From positions 3,866 to 67,865 of the forward strand of contig CAZHZC010000010.1 of NCBI GenBank assembly GCA_964537135.1: a stretch of DNA of 64,000 nt. The letters run 5' to 3'. The notes beneath the pieces are model-generated. The model did not search any database, was not told the DNA's origin, and saw only the letters and a list, made by a program, of their open reading frames with translations. This document shows positions 18,374 through 26,900 of this stretch, in pieces. Position numbers and translations under genes: made by a program. Origin of the DNA: an uncultured Rikenella sp. GTDB taxonomy: Bacteria > Bacteroidota > Bacteroidia > Bacteroidales > VadinHA17. The stretch's first letter is position 1. The number at the start of each line of letters is the position of its first letter.

Positions 18374-18817
18374 ATGAAGAAAATTGCCTTGATAAGTGCA
18401 TTGCTTTTCTTTGGAGTTTATCTCTGGGTACACATTATTGCCGGTGACAAGGAGTCATCTGACATGGTCTATCCATCAATGTCGGCACCTGCCGTTTCCG
18501 GTATTGAGATTTCAGGCCAGTGGAATGATACAGAGAAGAATCCGGTTGTCTATCAGTCAGCTTACTCTTCAGATCTCACCAATGACATTTCACCCGCATG
18601 GGTGATAGTGGCCAGCTTCACCGACCCGGAGCAGGCGCACAGGGCACAGGAGATCTTTGCCACAAAGTACCAGGCAGATATAATAATTCTACCTCCTAGT
18701 GCCGATGGTTACTACCGGCTCAGCTATGGAAGCTACCAGTCGACCCATGAGGCCCAGGCAGCGCTTGTGCAGCTAAAAGAGTCAGGCTTCCGGAATGCAT
18801 GGCTGCTGGCGAACTAA
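18374..18817 (+). CDS. SPOR domain-containing protein
   Basis: It has an N-terminal TM/signal segment and a C-terminal SPOR-like domain (WVIVASFTDPEQAHRAQE...YRLSYGSYQSTHEAQAAL). Confidence 0.65.
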   Translation: MKKIALISALLFFGVYLWVHIIAGDKESSDMVYPSMSAPAVSGIEISGQWNDTEKNPVVYQSAYSSDLTNDISPAWVIVASFTDPEQAHRAQEIFATKYQADIIILPPSADGYYRLSYGSYQSTHEAQAALVQLKESGFRNAWLLAN

Positions 18818-18998
18818 ACCAAATGCCAGGCTTATTATCACAACTCTCACTGTAGATTATTCTCCAGGGTTTGTAGGTAGCAGTCCAACCTTTATTTTGT
18901 GGGTGGTTATGGCTGTCCAGCCTTGCCTTGAGGTCAGAGGTAAATCCCACATATATTTTATCATACCCATCTGAGTATAACCCATATACGTAATACAT
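18720..18998 (-). pseudogene. 3'-truncated GIY-YIG (URI/YhbQ-like) nuclease gene reading through into the antisense of the SPOR gene
   Basis: Residues 1-55 (MYYVYGLYSD..YVGFTSDLKARLDSHN..) match the small GIY-YIG family. Similarity stops at ~18831, 14 nt from the SPOR stop codon. The remaining 36 codons are antisense to the SPOR gene. Confidence 0.6.
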
Positions 18999-19023
18999 AG
19001 TAACAGATTTGCAGCGAAAATTG

Positions 19024-19098
19024 TGGGGCGTACTGGAATCGAACCAGTGACCTCTTGCCTGTCAAGCAAGCGCTCTAAACCAACTGAGCTAACGTCCC
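19024..19098 (-). tRNA. tRNA-Val (anticodon GAC)
   Basis: The reverse complement folds as a 75-nt cloverleaf. D arm is GCTC/GAGC, anticodon arm CTTGC-TTGACAG-GCAAG, T arm ACTGG-TTCGATT-CCAGT. There is one A-C mismatch in the acceptor stem and no CCA is encoded. Confidence 0.9.
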
Positions 19099-19138
19099 AT
19101 TGGGCGGGGACAAAGATAACCAATTTTTGTTTTACCAA

Positions 19139-20662
19139 TCAGTCAATCATTACCGGGGTGTTGAATGAGAAGAGCAATGTGGTACCTTTTCCGGGTAGTG
19201 ACTCAACCCATATACGCCCTTTCATAAGCTCGGTCAATCTCTTACAAATCGCAAGTCCCAGTCCTGCCCCTTCAACCTTGGGTGTCTCCTCATCCCAGAA
19301 CTGTACGAAGGGAAGAAAGATATCCCCAAGCCTCTCCGGCCTGATACCATACCCGTTGTCAGAAACAAAATAGGTGATTGTGTGGCGACTCTCATTCTGT
19401 GATATCCTGTAGCCAAACCGTATCTCACCCTCCTCAGAGAACTTGATGGCGTTACTCATAAGGTTATTGAAGATCTGACTCAGTCGCAGCTCGTCAATAT
19501 ATTGGTATACTGATTTTTTTGATGTGTCACTCACCGGTACCAACTGCAGCCTGCTCTTCCCGGAGGCCTCTATTGCCTGGTTGAAGCCTGAGACCATTGA
19601 GGAGATGAAGCTGTTCATCTCAACATTGGTGTACTTGATCTCCAGACTGTTATTCTCAATACGTGACAGGTCAATCATGTCATTGATAAGACGGAGCAGC
19701 CTCTCTGAGTTGATCTCTATCAGCTGAACCATCTCCTCCTTCTCCTTTTCAGTGGTATTCATTGAGGTAAGGATATTGAGGAAGCCCATCATGGCATTTA
19801 GCGGGGTACGGATCTCATGGCTGAAGTTTGCCAGGAAGGTTGTCTTCAGCTTGTCAGACTCCTCCGCCTTGTGACGGGCAGCGATCAGGTCATCCATGAT
19901 CTTCTGCGTCTCGGTTATATCCTGACAGGTACCGTAGCGGTAAAGGAGGCGACCACTCTCATCAAACCTGGTGTTGGAGATGATGGCTATCGTTTTCACA
20001 TTCCCCGTGGGGGTGATGATCCTGTAGGTGAGAGAGAATGATTCCTTCCTCTTTTCAATAGCCTCCTCTATGGTAGTGATCAGGTAAGAGCGGTCTTCCG
20101 GATGGGTGTATGAGAGGTTGTCCTGAAAGGTGAAGGAGAGCGACGAAACCTCATCATTGAAGATTCTGGAGATCTCTTCCGACCCGATATACCTGTTTGT
20201 CTCAGGACGATACTCCCACCAGCCAAAACGACCTATCCGCTGCGCCTCCCTCAGACGCTCCTCATTCAGCTCAAGGGTGCGGCGCATCCTGTACTCCTCG
20301 GTAACGTCACTAATGAGGTTTACATTGAACTTTTCCAGCAGGCTGGTATGCACCTTGATAGAGATAATACGACCATCCTTGCGGCGTGCCGGACTGACAA
20401 ATGATCCCTCTGTGAGGAAGTTATTGAGACTGGTTTCTGCCTCAGTCTCAGTGTATAGATCATGCGGCGTCATCTTCTCCAGCTCCTTCCGGCTATAGCC
20501 GAACAGGCTGGCAGCAGCACTGTTCACCCTGATGAACCGGTTGGTATTCTTGTCAGTAAGCATGATGGCATAGCCCGCATTTTCAAATACCTGCTGATAG
20601 GTGTTGAATGCTGTTGTTGCAAAAATGCGCCGAATGAAACCCCCGTTTGAAAAAGTGCTCAC
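19139..20662 (-). CDS. PAS domain-containing sensor histidine kinase (cytoplasmic, orphan)
   Basis: Two PAS-like segments are followed by the H-box FLANFSHEIRTPLNAMMGF and a HATPase_c domain with G-boxes. No adjacent response regulator. Confidence 0.85.
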   Translation of the reverse strand: MSTFSNGGFIRRIFATTAFNTYQQVFENAGYAIMLTDKNTNRFIRVNSAAASLFGYSRKELEKMTPHDLYTETEAETSLNNFLTEGSFVSPARRKDGRIISIKVHTSLLEKFNVNLISDVTEEYRMRRTLELNEERLREAQRIGRFGWWEYRPETNRYIGSEEISRIFNDEVSSLSFTFQDNLSYTHPEDRSYLITTIEEAIEKRKESFSLTYRIITPTGNVKTIAIISNTRFDESGRLLYRYGTCQDITETQKIMDDLIAARHKAEESDKLKTTFLANFSHEIRTPLNAMMGFLNILTSMNTTEKEKEEMVQLIEINSERLLRLINDMIDLSRIENNSLEIKYTNVEMNSFISSMVSGFNQAIEASGKSRLQLVPVSDTSKKSVYQYIDELRLSQIFNNLMSNAIKFSEEGEIRFGYRISQNESRHTITYFVSDNGYGIRPERLGDIFLPFVQFWDEETPKVEGAGLGLAICKRLTELMKGRIWVESLPGKGTTLLFSFNTPVMID

Positions 20663-20720
20663 CTTTCTTCAGTTAGATTAGCAATGCGTGACAAATTTAT
20701 ACTTTTTAACGACTTCTGCC

Positions 20721-23495
20721 TCACATAGACTCTATGCTATAAAACTTCCGTCTGATCGTTATGCCCTGATCATCCACCGCAGTGATCAGGTGTTCTCCGC
20801 TACCGGCTTTTATCTCTGTCTGGTGAAAGTGGCGCGTTGTTCCAATAAACTGGTCGTCAAGATGCCAGTAGATGGTAGCATCGCGCCGGCGGTGTGCGAT
20901 CTCGGTTATCATTGACATCTTCTCGCCGTGAAGGCTGCGAGGAATAAAGATGCGCGCCCCGGCTGACGGATAGATAAACTCCATGGCAGGGACGGTCATA
21001 TCATCATTGCAACCTGTGCGGTAGGGAGGAAGGGTCTGGTATGAGGGGTGACGCATGCGGTAATAGTACTCCATCGCCGGCGGCAGAAGGAACCACGAAT
21101 GGGCTGTCATCTCACCGGGCGTGGCACATGAGCTGTTTACCCGCCAGCGGCCGGTAGGGTCGAGGGTGATAACGGTGTGGTACGGACACACTACGCTGCT
21201 GAGACCGCTCTCAGGGATCCATTTATGATGACGCTCAGTACAGTGCGGACCGGCACGGTAGCCGCTGGCTGAACAGACCTCCGCCAGCACCATCCCCTCC
21301 TCAGGCCTGCTGAACCATGATCTGCTGCGCGGCAGGAGCCTGATAATGTCAAACAGTAACGGTGCCGCCGCAGTGATACCCGTGAGACCGGGGCGCCCCT
21401 CACCGTCAGCATTGCCTGCCCATACACCTATCACATAGTCAGGTGTGGTGCCTATGGCCCACGCATCGCGGAAACCATAGCTGGTACCGGTCTTCCAGGC
21501 AACCTCAGCTGACCCTCCAAGATACTGCCACCCGGTCTCGCTCTCAGGCCTGTTGACCCTGCGAAGAGCCTCATAGGTGAGCCAGATGGCTGCTGACGAA
21601 GGTAGCAGAGAGGCAGCAACAGGAGAGGTCTCAACTGCGACAGACTGGTGGCTTTCAGCTGCATGACGCTTCTGAATTGTGGCAGGCTGGTGGTTTTCAG
21701 ATGATGTGGCAGGAAGGGAGAAGGCAGCTGCATGACGCCTCTGAATTGTAGCAGGTTGGTGGCTTTCAGCAGCATTTCGCTTCTGAATTGTAGCAGACTG
21801 GTGGCTTTCAGTTGCATGACGCTTCTGAATTGTGGCAGGAGAGTTTCCTTCGGATGAGGAGAGGGGAATCCCTGTGGTGACCAGTAGTGGCATATGCCAT
21901 ATCCTCTCTGATGAACCTCTTCTTCTGTCGTCATCGATCCTCTCCCGGGTGAGCACCCGCGCCATTGACGAGTAGGCGCCTGTCAGCTCCCAGAGAGATG
22001 CCTCGCCGCCGCCGAGGATCAGTGAGAGGCCGTAGTGGGAGGCGGGTCTGTTGAAGCTGGTGAAGCCCATACGCTGCAGCAGCACCAGGAGCCGCTCAGG
22101 CTCATACATCTGCAGCATACGTACGGCAGGAATGTTGAGGGAGCGCGCCAGCGCATCACCGGCAGGCACGGCACCGCTGTATGAGAAGTCTGAGTTCTCA
22201 GGACGAAATCCCTGAAAACGGGTAGGTATGTCAGGCACCAGGGTATTGGGCAGCAGCATACCTGATGAGAGCAGTCCGGCATAAAGGAATGGCTTCATAA
22301 TACTTCCGGTGCTGCGCGGTGACATGATCATATCAACAAAACGGCCATGCACGCCGGCGCTGTCGGGAAGGGTGCTGTTACCCACATAGGCTGCCACCTT
22401 TCCGGAGGCAACCTCAACCACAATGGCGGCGGCGTTGTGAATGGCATTGCACTCAAGCTGCCGCTGATGGCTATTGAGCAGATCAACAATATTGCGCTGC
22501 AGGTAAGGGTCAATGGTGGTATGGAACCGGGTAACCCCTGCGGAAGTGGCGCCCGCCGTTGTTCTTTTTGCCGTTGTTCTTTTTGTGGAGGTTCTACCAG
22601 AGGAGCTTTTTCCAGCTGCTGCTTTTTCTTCGGCGATTCTTCCTGGTGATGTACTTTTTGTGGTGGTTCCTTTTGTGGGAGCCTTACGCCGGCCGCTCTT
22701 TGTGTGGTTGGGGATCTCTGTGGCAGCCTCCTGCCAGAGACGGGTGGTCAGGTGGGGTGCCAGCGACGGCATCGGCTGCGGGGCGGCGGGGAGTGGCTCC
22801 TCCATGGCGAGTGAGCAGGTGACGCTGTCTATCACTCCTCTCTCAGCAAGCACCGTCAGCAGCCTGTTACGCTTGGTACGCAGCTGCTCAGAGGCACGTC
22901 CCGGCCAGGTGAGTGAGGGTGCATTGGGCAGAACAGCCAGCATCGCCGACTCGCCCCAGCTCAGGTCGGCAGGGCTACGACCGGTATAGCGCCATGCGGC
23001 AGCCTCAATACCGACGGTGTTACCTCCGAACGGGGCGTTGGCAGCGTAGAGCAGCATGATAGCCTCCTTGGAGCGAAAGAGCTCCAGCTTGAGGGCAGAA
23101 AATATTTCTACCACCTTGCCGCCATAGGTGCGGTGGGGATTGCCCCGCGCCATACGTGCCACCTGCATGGTTATGGTGCTGCCGCCGCTGACGATCCTGC
23201 CACTTCTGATATTGTAAACCAGTGCCCTGAACAGAGATACCGGATTGACACCGGGATGCCTGCGGAAATGGCGATCCTCATAATTGATTACACAGGTGAC
23301 ATACTTGTCTGGCAGTGAGTCGGGAGGAGGGAAGCGCCACTGACCGTCGGCAGCCACCCGTGCCCCGAGGAGGGTGCCATCAGACGCCTCAACCACCGTA
23401 GAGAGGGGAGTATGAAAAGCGGGCATAGGCGCAATGAGGATAGAGAGCAGAAGTGCCAGTACGCACCAGAGGAGTATTTTAAGGATACGGGTCAT
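20721..23495 (-). CDS. pbpC: Penicillin-binding protein 1C with two low-complexity insertions
   Basis: It has an N-terminal TM segment, GT51 motifs (EDRHFRRHPGVN, GGSTITMQ), a transpeptidase segment (STGSIMKP) and a PBP1C-type C-terminal domain. It lies downstream of an alpha-2-macroglobulin gene, as in yfhM-pbpC operons. Confidence 0.85.
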   Translation of the reverse strand: MTRILKILLWCVLALLLSILIAPMPAFHTPLSTVVEASDGTLLGARVAADGQWRFPPPDSLPDKYVTCVINYEDRHFRRHPGVNPVSLFRALVYNIRSGRIVSGGSTITMQVARMARGNPHRTYGGKVVEIFSALKLELFRSKEAIMLLYAANAPFGGNTVGIEAAAWRYTGRSPADLSWGESAMLAVLPNAPSLTWPGRASEQLRTKRNRLLTVLAERGVIDSVTCSLAMEEPLPAAPQPMPSLAPHLTTRLWQEAATEIPNHTKSGRRKAPTKGTTTKSTSPGRIAEEKAAAGKSSSGRTSTKRTTAKRTTAGATSAGVTRFHTTIDPYLQRNIVDLLNSHQRQLECNAIHNAAAIVVEVASGKVAAYVGNSTLPDSAGVHGRFVDMIMSPRSTGSIMKPFLYAGLLSSGMLLPNTLVPDIPTRFQGFRPENSDFSYSGAVPAGDALARSLNIPAVRMLQMYEPERLLVLLQRMGFTSFNRPASHYGLSLILGGGEASLWELTGAYSSMARVLTRERIDDDRRRGSSERIWHMPLLVTTGIPLSSSEGNSPATIQKRHATESHQSATIQKRNAAESHQPATIQRRHAAAFSLPATSSENHQPATIQKRHAAESHQSVAVETSPVAASLLPSSAAIWLTYEALRRVNRPESETGWQYLGGSAEVAWKTGTSYGFRDAWAIGTTPDYVIGVWAGNADGEGRPGLTGITAAAPLLFDIIRLLPRSRSWFSRPEEGMVLAEVCSASGYRAGPHCTERHHKWIPESGLSSVVCPYHTVITLDPTGRWRVNSSCATPGEMTAHSWFLLPPAMEYYYRMRHPSYQTLPPYRTGCNDDMTVPAMEFIYPSAGARIFIPRSLHGEKMSMITEIAHRRRDATIYWHLDDQFIGTTRHFHQTEIKAGSGEHLITAVDDQGITIRRKFYSIESM
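21641..21840. repeat. 42-bp in-frame tandem repeat (about 4-5 copies) inside pbpC
   Basis: The repeats encode ATIQKRHA(T/A)ESHQ(S/P) units on the minus strand. Confidence 0.85.
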
Positions 23496-23551
23496 GGTTT
23501 TCTGACAACTCCTGCAGGTTGTATTCTGTTTGGTTCATGTGGGGATATTAA

Positions 23552-23620
23552 CTGTCTGATGCTGTCTGATGCTGTCTGATGCTGTCTGATGCTGTCTGAT
23601 GCTATCTGATGCTGTCTGAC
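23552..23620. repeat. 10-bp tandem repeat, 7 copies
   Basis: The unit gctgtctgat occurs seven times with two point variants, in the spacer between the alpha-2-macroglobulin gene and pbpC. Confidence 0.95.
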
Positions 23621-23723
23621 AGCTGTGGAGTTATAGCAGGGTTACTTCAGAATAGTATCAGAATTTCTGCAGGGTTAATATGTTAATATGATTACTTCTG
23701 AGTTCCTGCTGGTTCAATTCTAG

Positions 23724-23918
23724 GTTGCTATCAGGCTTTCACATGGTTACTACCAGATTGTTGTATTGTTCCTACGTTGTTATTCCCAGTTGCTACCAGG
23801 TTTTTACATGGTTACAACCCGATTGTTGTATTGTTCCTACGTTGTTATTTCCAGTTGCTACCAGATTTTTACATGGTTACTCTAGGTCTGCTATCAGTTT
23901 TCCGCATTGTTGCTTTCT
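23724..23918. repeat. 65-bp tandem repeat, about 3 copies
   Basis: Units start at 23724, 23789 and 23854 (gttgctaYcagRYttYYacatggttac...). The third copy is degenerate. Confidence 0.9.
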
Positions 23919-23942
23919 GTTTATTACCTGATTGCTGCAAGG

Positions 23943-26900
23943 TTATTTAATCACCTCTACCGGGAATCCGGGCCGGCGGGCGAAGTAGGAGTCGTCATAT
24001 AGTGACTCGCATAGCACGGCGGGCATGCTGTAGCTGCCACGGTATGATGCTGTCACTATGATAAAGAACCTCTTCGTCTCACCACTCTTCAGGCTGAAGT
24101 AGGTATAGACCCTGTCATCACGGAAGTCGCGGTAGTCATGTGCATCCTCCCTGATCTGTAGTCCTGACTCAAAGAGCCTGGTATTTTGTATCTCCCACCC
24201 TGACGGTACCATCTGTGTCAGTGCCAGGTCATTGATCTGGCGGTGGGTAGTGTTGGTCACCTCAGCCCACATGGTGAAGGTGGTGCCCTGTGGCAGCGGG
24301 CTGACCGTTATGGGATTTTTCCCCTCCATATCACGGTAGCTCACCTTCATGGTGAGGTTGCTCTCTCTCACGGTCATGTCAGCTGCCGGCGGCACACCCT
24401 CTTCGGTTATGGTTACAAAGACCGGTGTCTCACCCTCGTTCACCACCGTCACGCGGCCGGGCCCGTCAGGCAGATAGCGCTTCAGCAGGGTGCCGCCGGC
24501 AGCGCTGAGCTTGTCACGACTGCCATTGAATTCTATGGTAGCTTTAATGGGTCGGCCGGCAGCACTGCCAGATTGTCTGGCGTAGTTCATGTAGGCAAAT
24601 AGTCCCCAGGCGGTTGTCTGTGTGCTGTACCACGTGTCGAGGCTCAGCGCCGCTGCCACATCGCGCAGCATGGCCAGTGCCTCGCCATGCATCTCTGTCA
24701 GTGTCAGCGTATAGAGTATCACCGACTGGTCTCTGAGGCTGCTGCCGTAGTAGTAGTTTGCATACTCACTCTCGCTCTTCATGTTACGCACATCAATGAG
24801 TGTCTGTGCCACCTCCTTGCGTCCGGTGGTGGCATAGGCTGCTGCCAGCAGCCACCTCGCCAGCGTGGGCAGGTCACTAATCTCACGCATACGGTTCATC
24901 GCCCCCCTGTCGGGTGATCCGGCCAGCGCCATGGTAAAGAGCCGGTAGGCCTGGTCGGTGGCTGTATAACGGTACTGCGGCTGGTAGCTCCATTTTGACG
25001 ACTGTGACCTCTGGTAGGCGCTCCACCGGCTGAGGAAGCCGTCAGGGATGGTGTATCCGGCCTTCTGCGCCTCCAGCGCGAAGTGCCCCGTATAGGAGGT
25101 GACCCAGTCGTCGGGGTATGCACCTCCCGGCCATGACGGCACCCCACCCGAGGGAAGCTGCCGTGAGGCTACCGTACGTAGTGCCTCCTGCACGTGGTTG
25201 CGTACCGTGGCAGGATCCTCGAGTCCCTTACCCAGCAGGTCAGGCAGGTAGAGTTGCGGAAAGGCAGCTGAGGTGACCTGCTCGGTGCAGCCATGCGGGA
25301 AGGAGGTGAGGAACCTGAGGCGACGCTCCAGGCTGACGGAGGGCAGTGTTGAGAGCTCCACGGTGAGCGCTGAGGTGCCTGACAGTCCGAACGGAGTAAA
25401 ACTCTTGTCGTAGCTCCTGCCGGCGTCGAGGCTCATGGTCTCTGCCCTGCGCTCAGGTGCGTTGGGTGATCGTACCGGCACGTTGAGGCTGTGTGTGGCC
25501 TTCTCACCGTGGCCGGTGGCAGTGACGGTTACTGTGGCTGTCCCCGGCTTGCCGGCGGTGGTGAGGAAGAGCTCCAGATCCTTGTCGCCCGGCTCGTCAA
25601 ACTGCAGCGACCCTTCCGCCACGGTGAGGCTCACCATCTCGTTGGTGGTGGCTGTGACCGTCACATCGGTGATGCTGCTCTCCTGCGCAAAGACCGTTAC
25701 CGGCAGCGCCACCCTGTCGCCCGGCGAGAGCACCCGCGGCGCTGTGGCCAGCACCATCAGAGGGTCAGCCACGGTGACACTCTTCTCTGCCGATCCGAAC
25801 CGGTTGGCTGTGCCGGCGGCGGTGACCATCACCCGCACCGATCCGGTGTAGTGAGGCATCGTGATCTTGTGTACCGCGCTCTTGCCGGGAGCCAGCGTGA
25901 AGGGCCCGATAAACCGTACTACCGGCTCAAAGCGACGGTCGCGGCTCTTGCTGTGATCCACCGCCGCCTCGCTGCCGCCGGTGGCCAGGGCACGACTGAG
26001 CCTTCCGCCAAAGGCGCCAAAGACAATATCGTACAGGTCCCACGTCCTCACCCCCAGGGCATGCTTAACGAAGAACCACTTCCACGGGTCGGGCGTACGG
26101 AATCCGGTGAGGTCGAGCAGCCCCTCATCAACCAGCGCCACGGTGTAGGTCATCTTCTGCTTCCTCTTCTCGGATACCTTTATCTCCACCACCTGCTGTG
26201 ACCTGATACGGTCAGACATCGTTATCACCGGCTCGAGCCTCGTGTCAGGATCCTCCACCATCACCGGGATGACGCCATAGAGCCGTAGCGGCGCATCGTT
26301 GGCTGTCTGCGCATGGGGCTGCAGCAGCGTCACACTGAGGTAGACGTTGGGGGCCATCTCCGGCGTGGCCCTGATCTTCACCTCGCTATTGCCGGCATCT
26401 GTCTTCTCACTGATAACCTCCATCACCCCTGTGCTGCCCTCAACGGTGATGATGGCCCGCCCGTTCGCCGGTGCCGGGAAGTTGAGGCTGATCATGTCAC
26501 CCACATTGTACTTCTCCTTGTCAGTGTTGAGCTGCAGCAGGGTGGCACCGTCATTGCCGCCGGGCTTCATACCGTAGTCCCATGGCCAGTCAACCAGCAC
26601 TATCATGCCGGTGGAGTGCCCCGAGGGCAGCGTCGCCCTCACCAGGTAGCGGCCCCACTGCTCCTTCCCCACCTTGAACGAGACCTTCCCCTCACCTCCT
26701 GTGGTGGTTATCGTCTCTGAGAAGATATGACGGTTGCCGCCACGGGTGATGTATGAGCCGAGGTACTCCTGGTCAGACTCCCACCACCAGCGGAAGTCAA
26801 GTTTGTAGATGTTGACCTCCACCCTGCTGGTCACCGGCCTCCCCTCCTTGTCGAGCGTCACCAGCCTCACCTCATTGGACCGGTCGGTATAGAGGAGGCG

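Noticed and set aside
18857-19138. A 93-aa minus-strand ORF overlapping tRNA-Val and the GIY-YIG gene
   Set aside because: It runs through a well-folded tRNA gene and overlaps the GIY-YIG frame. No motifs are present.
23552-23918. Possible CRISPR array (also considered for 42079-42208 and 33207-33350)
   Set aside because: The units are contiguous with no unique spacers. Periods of 10, 13 and 22-23 bp are too short, and the 65-bp units are direct tandem copies. No cas genes are present in the window.
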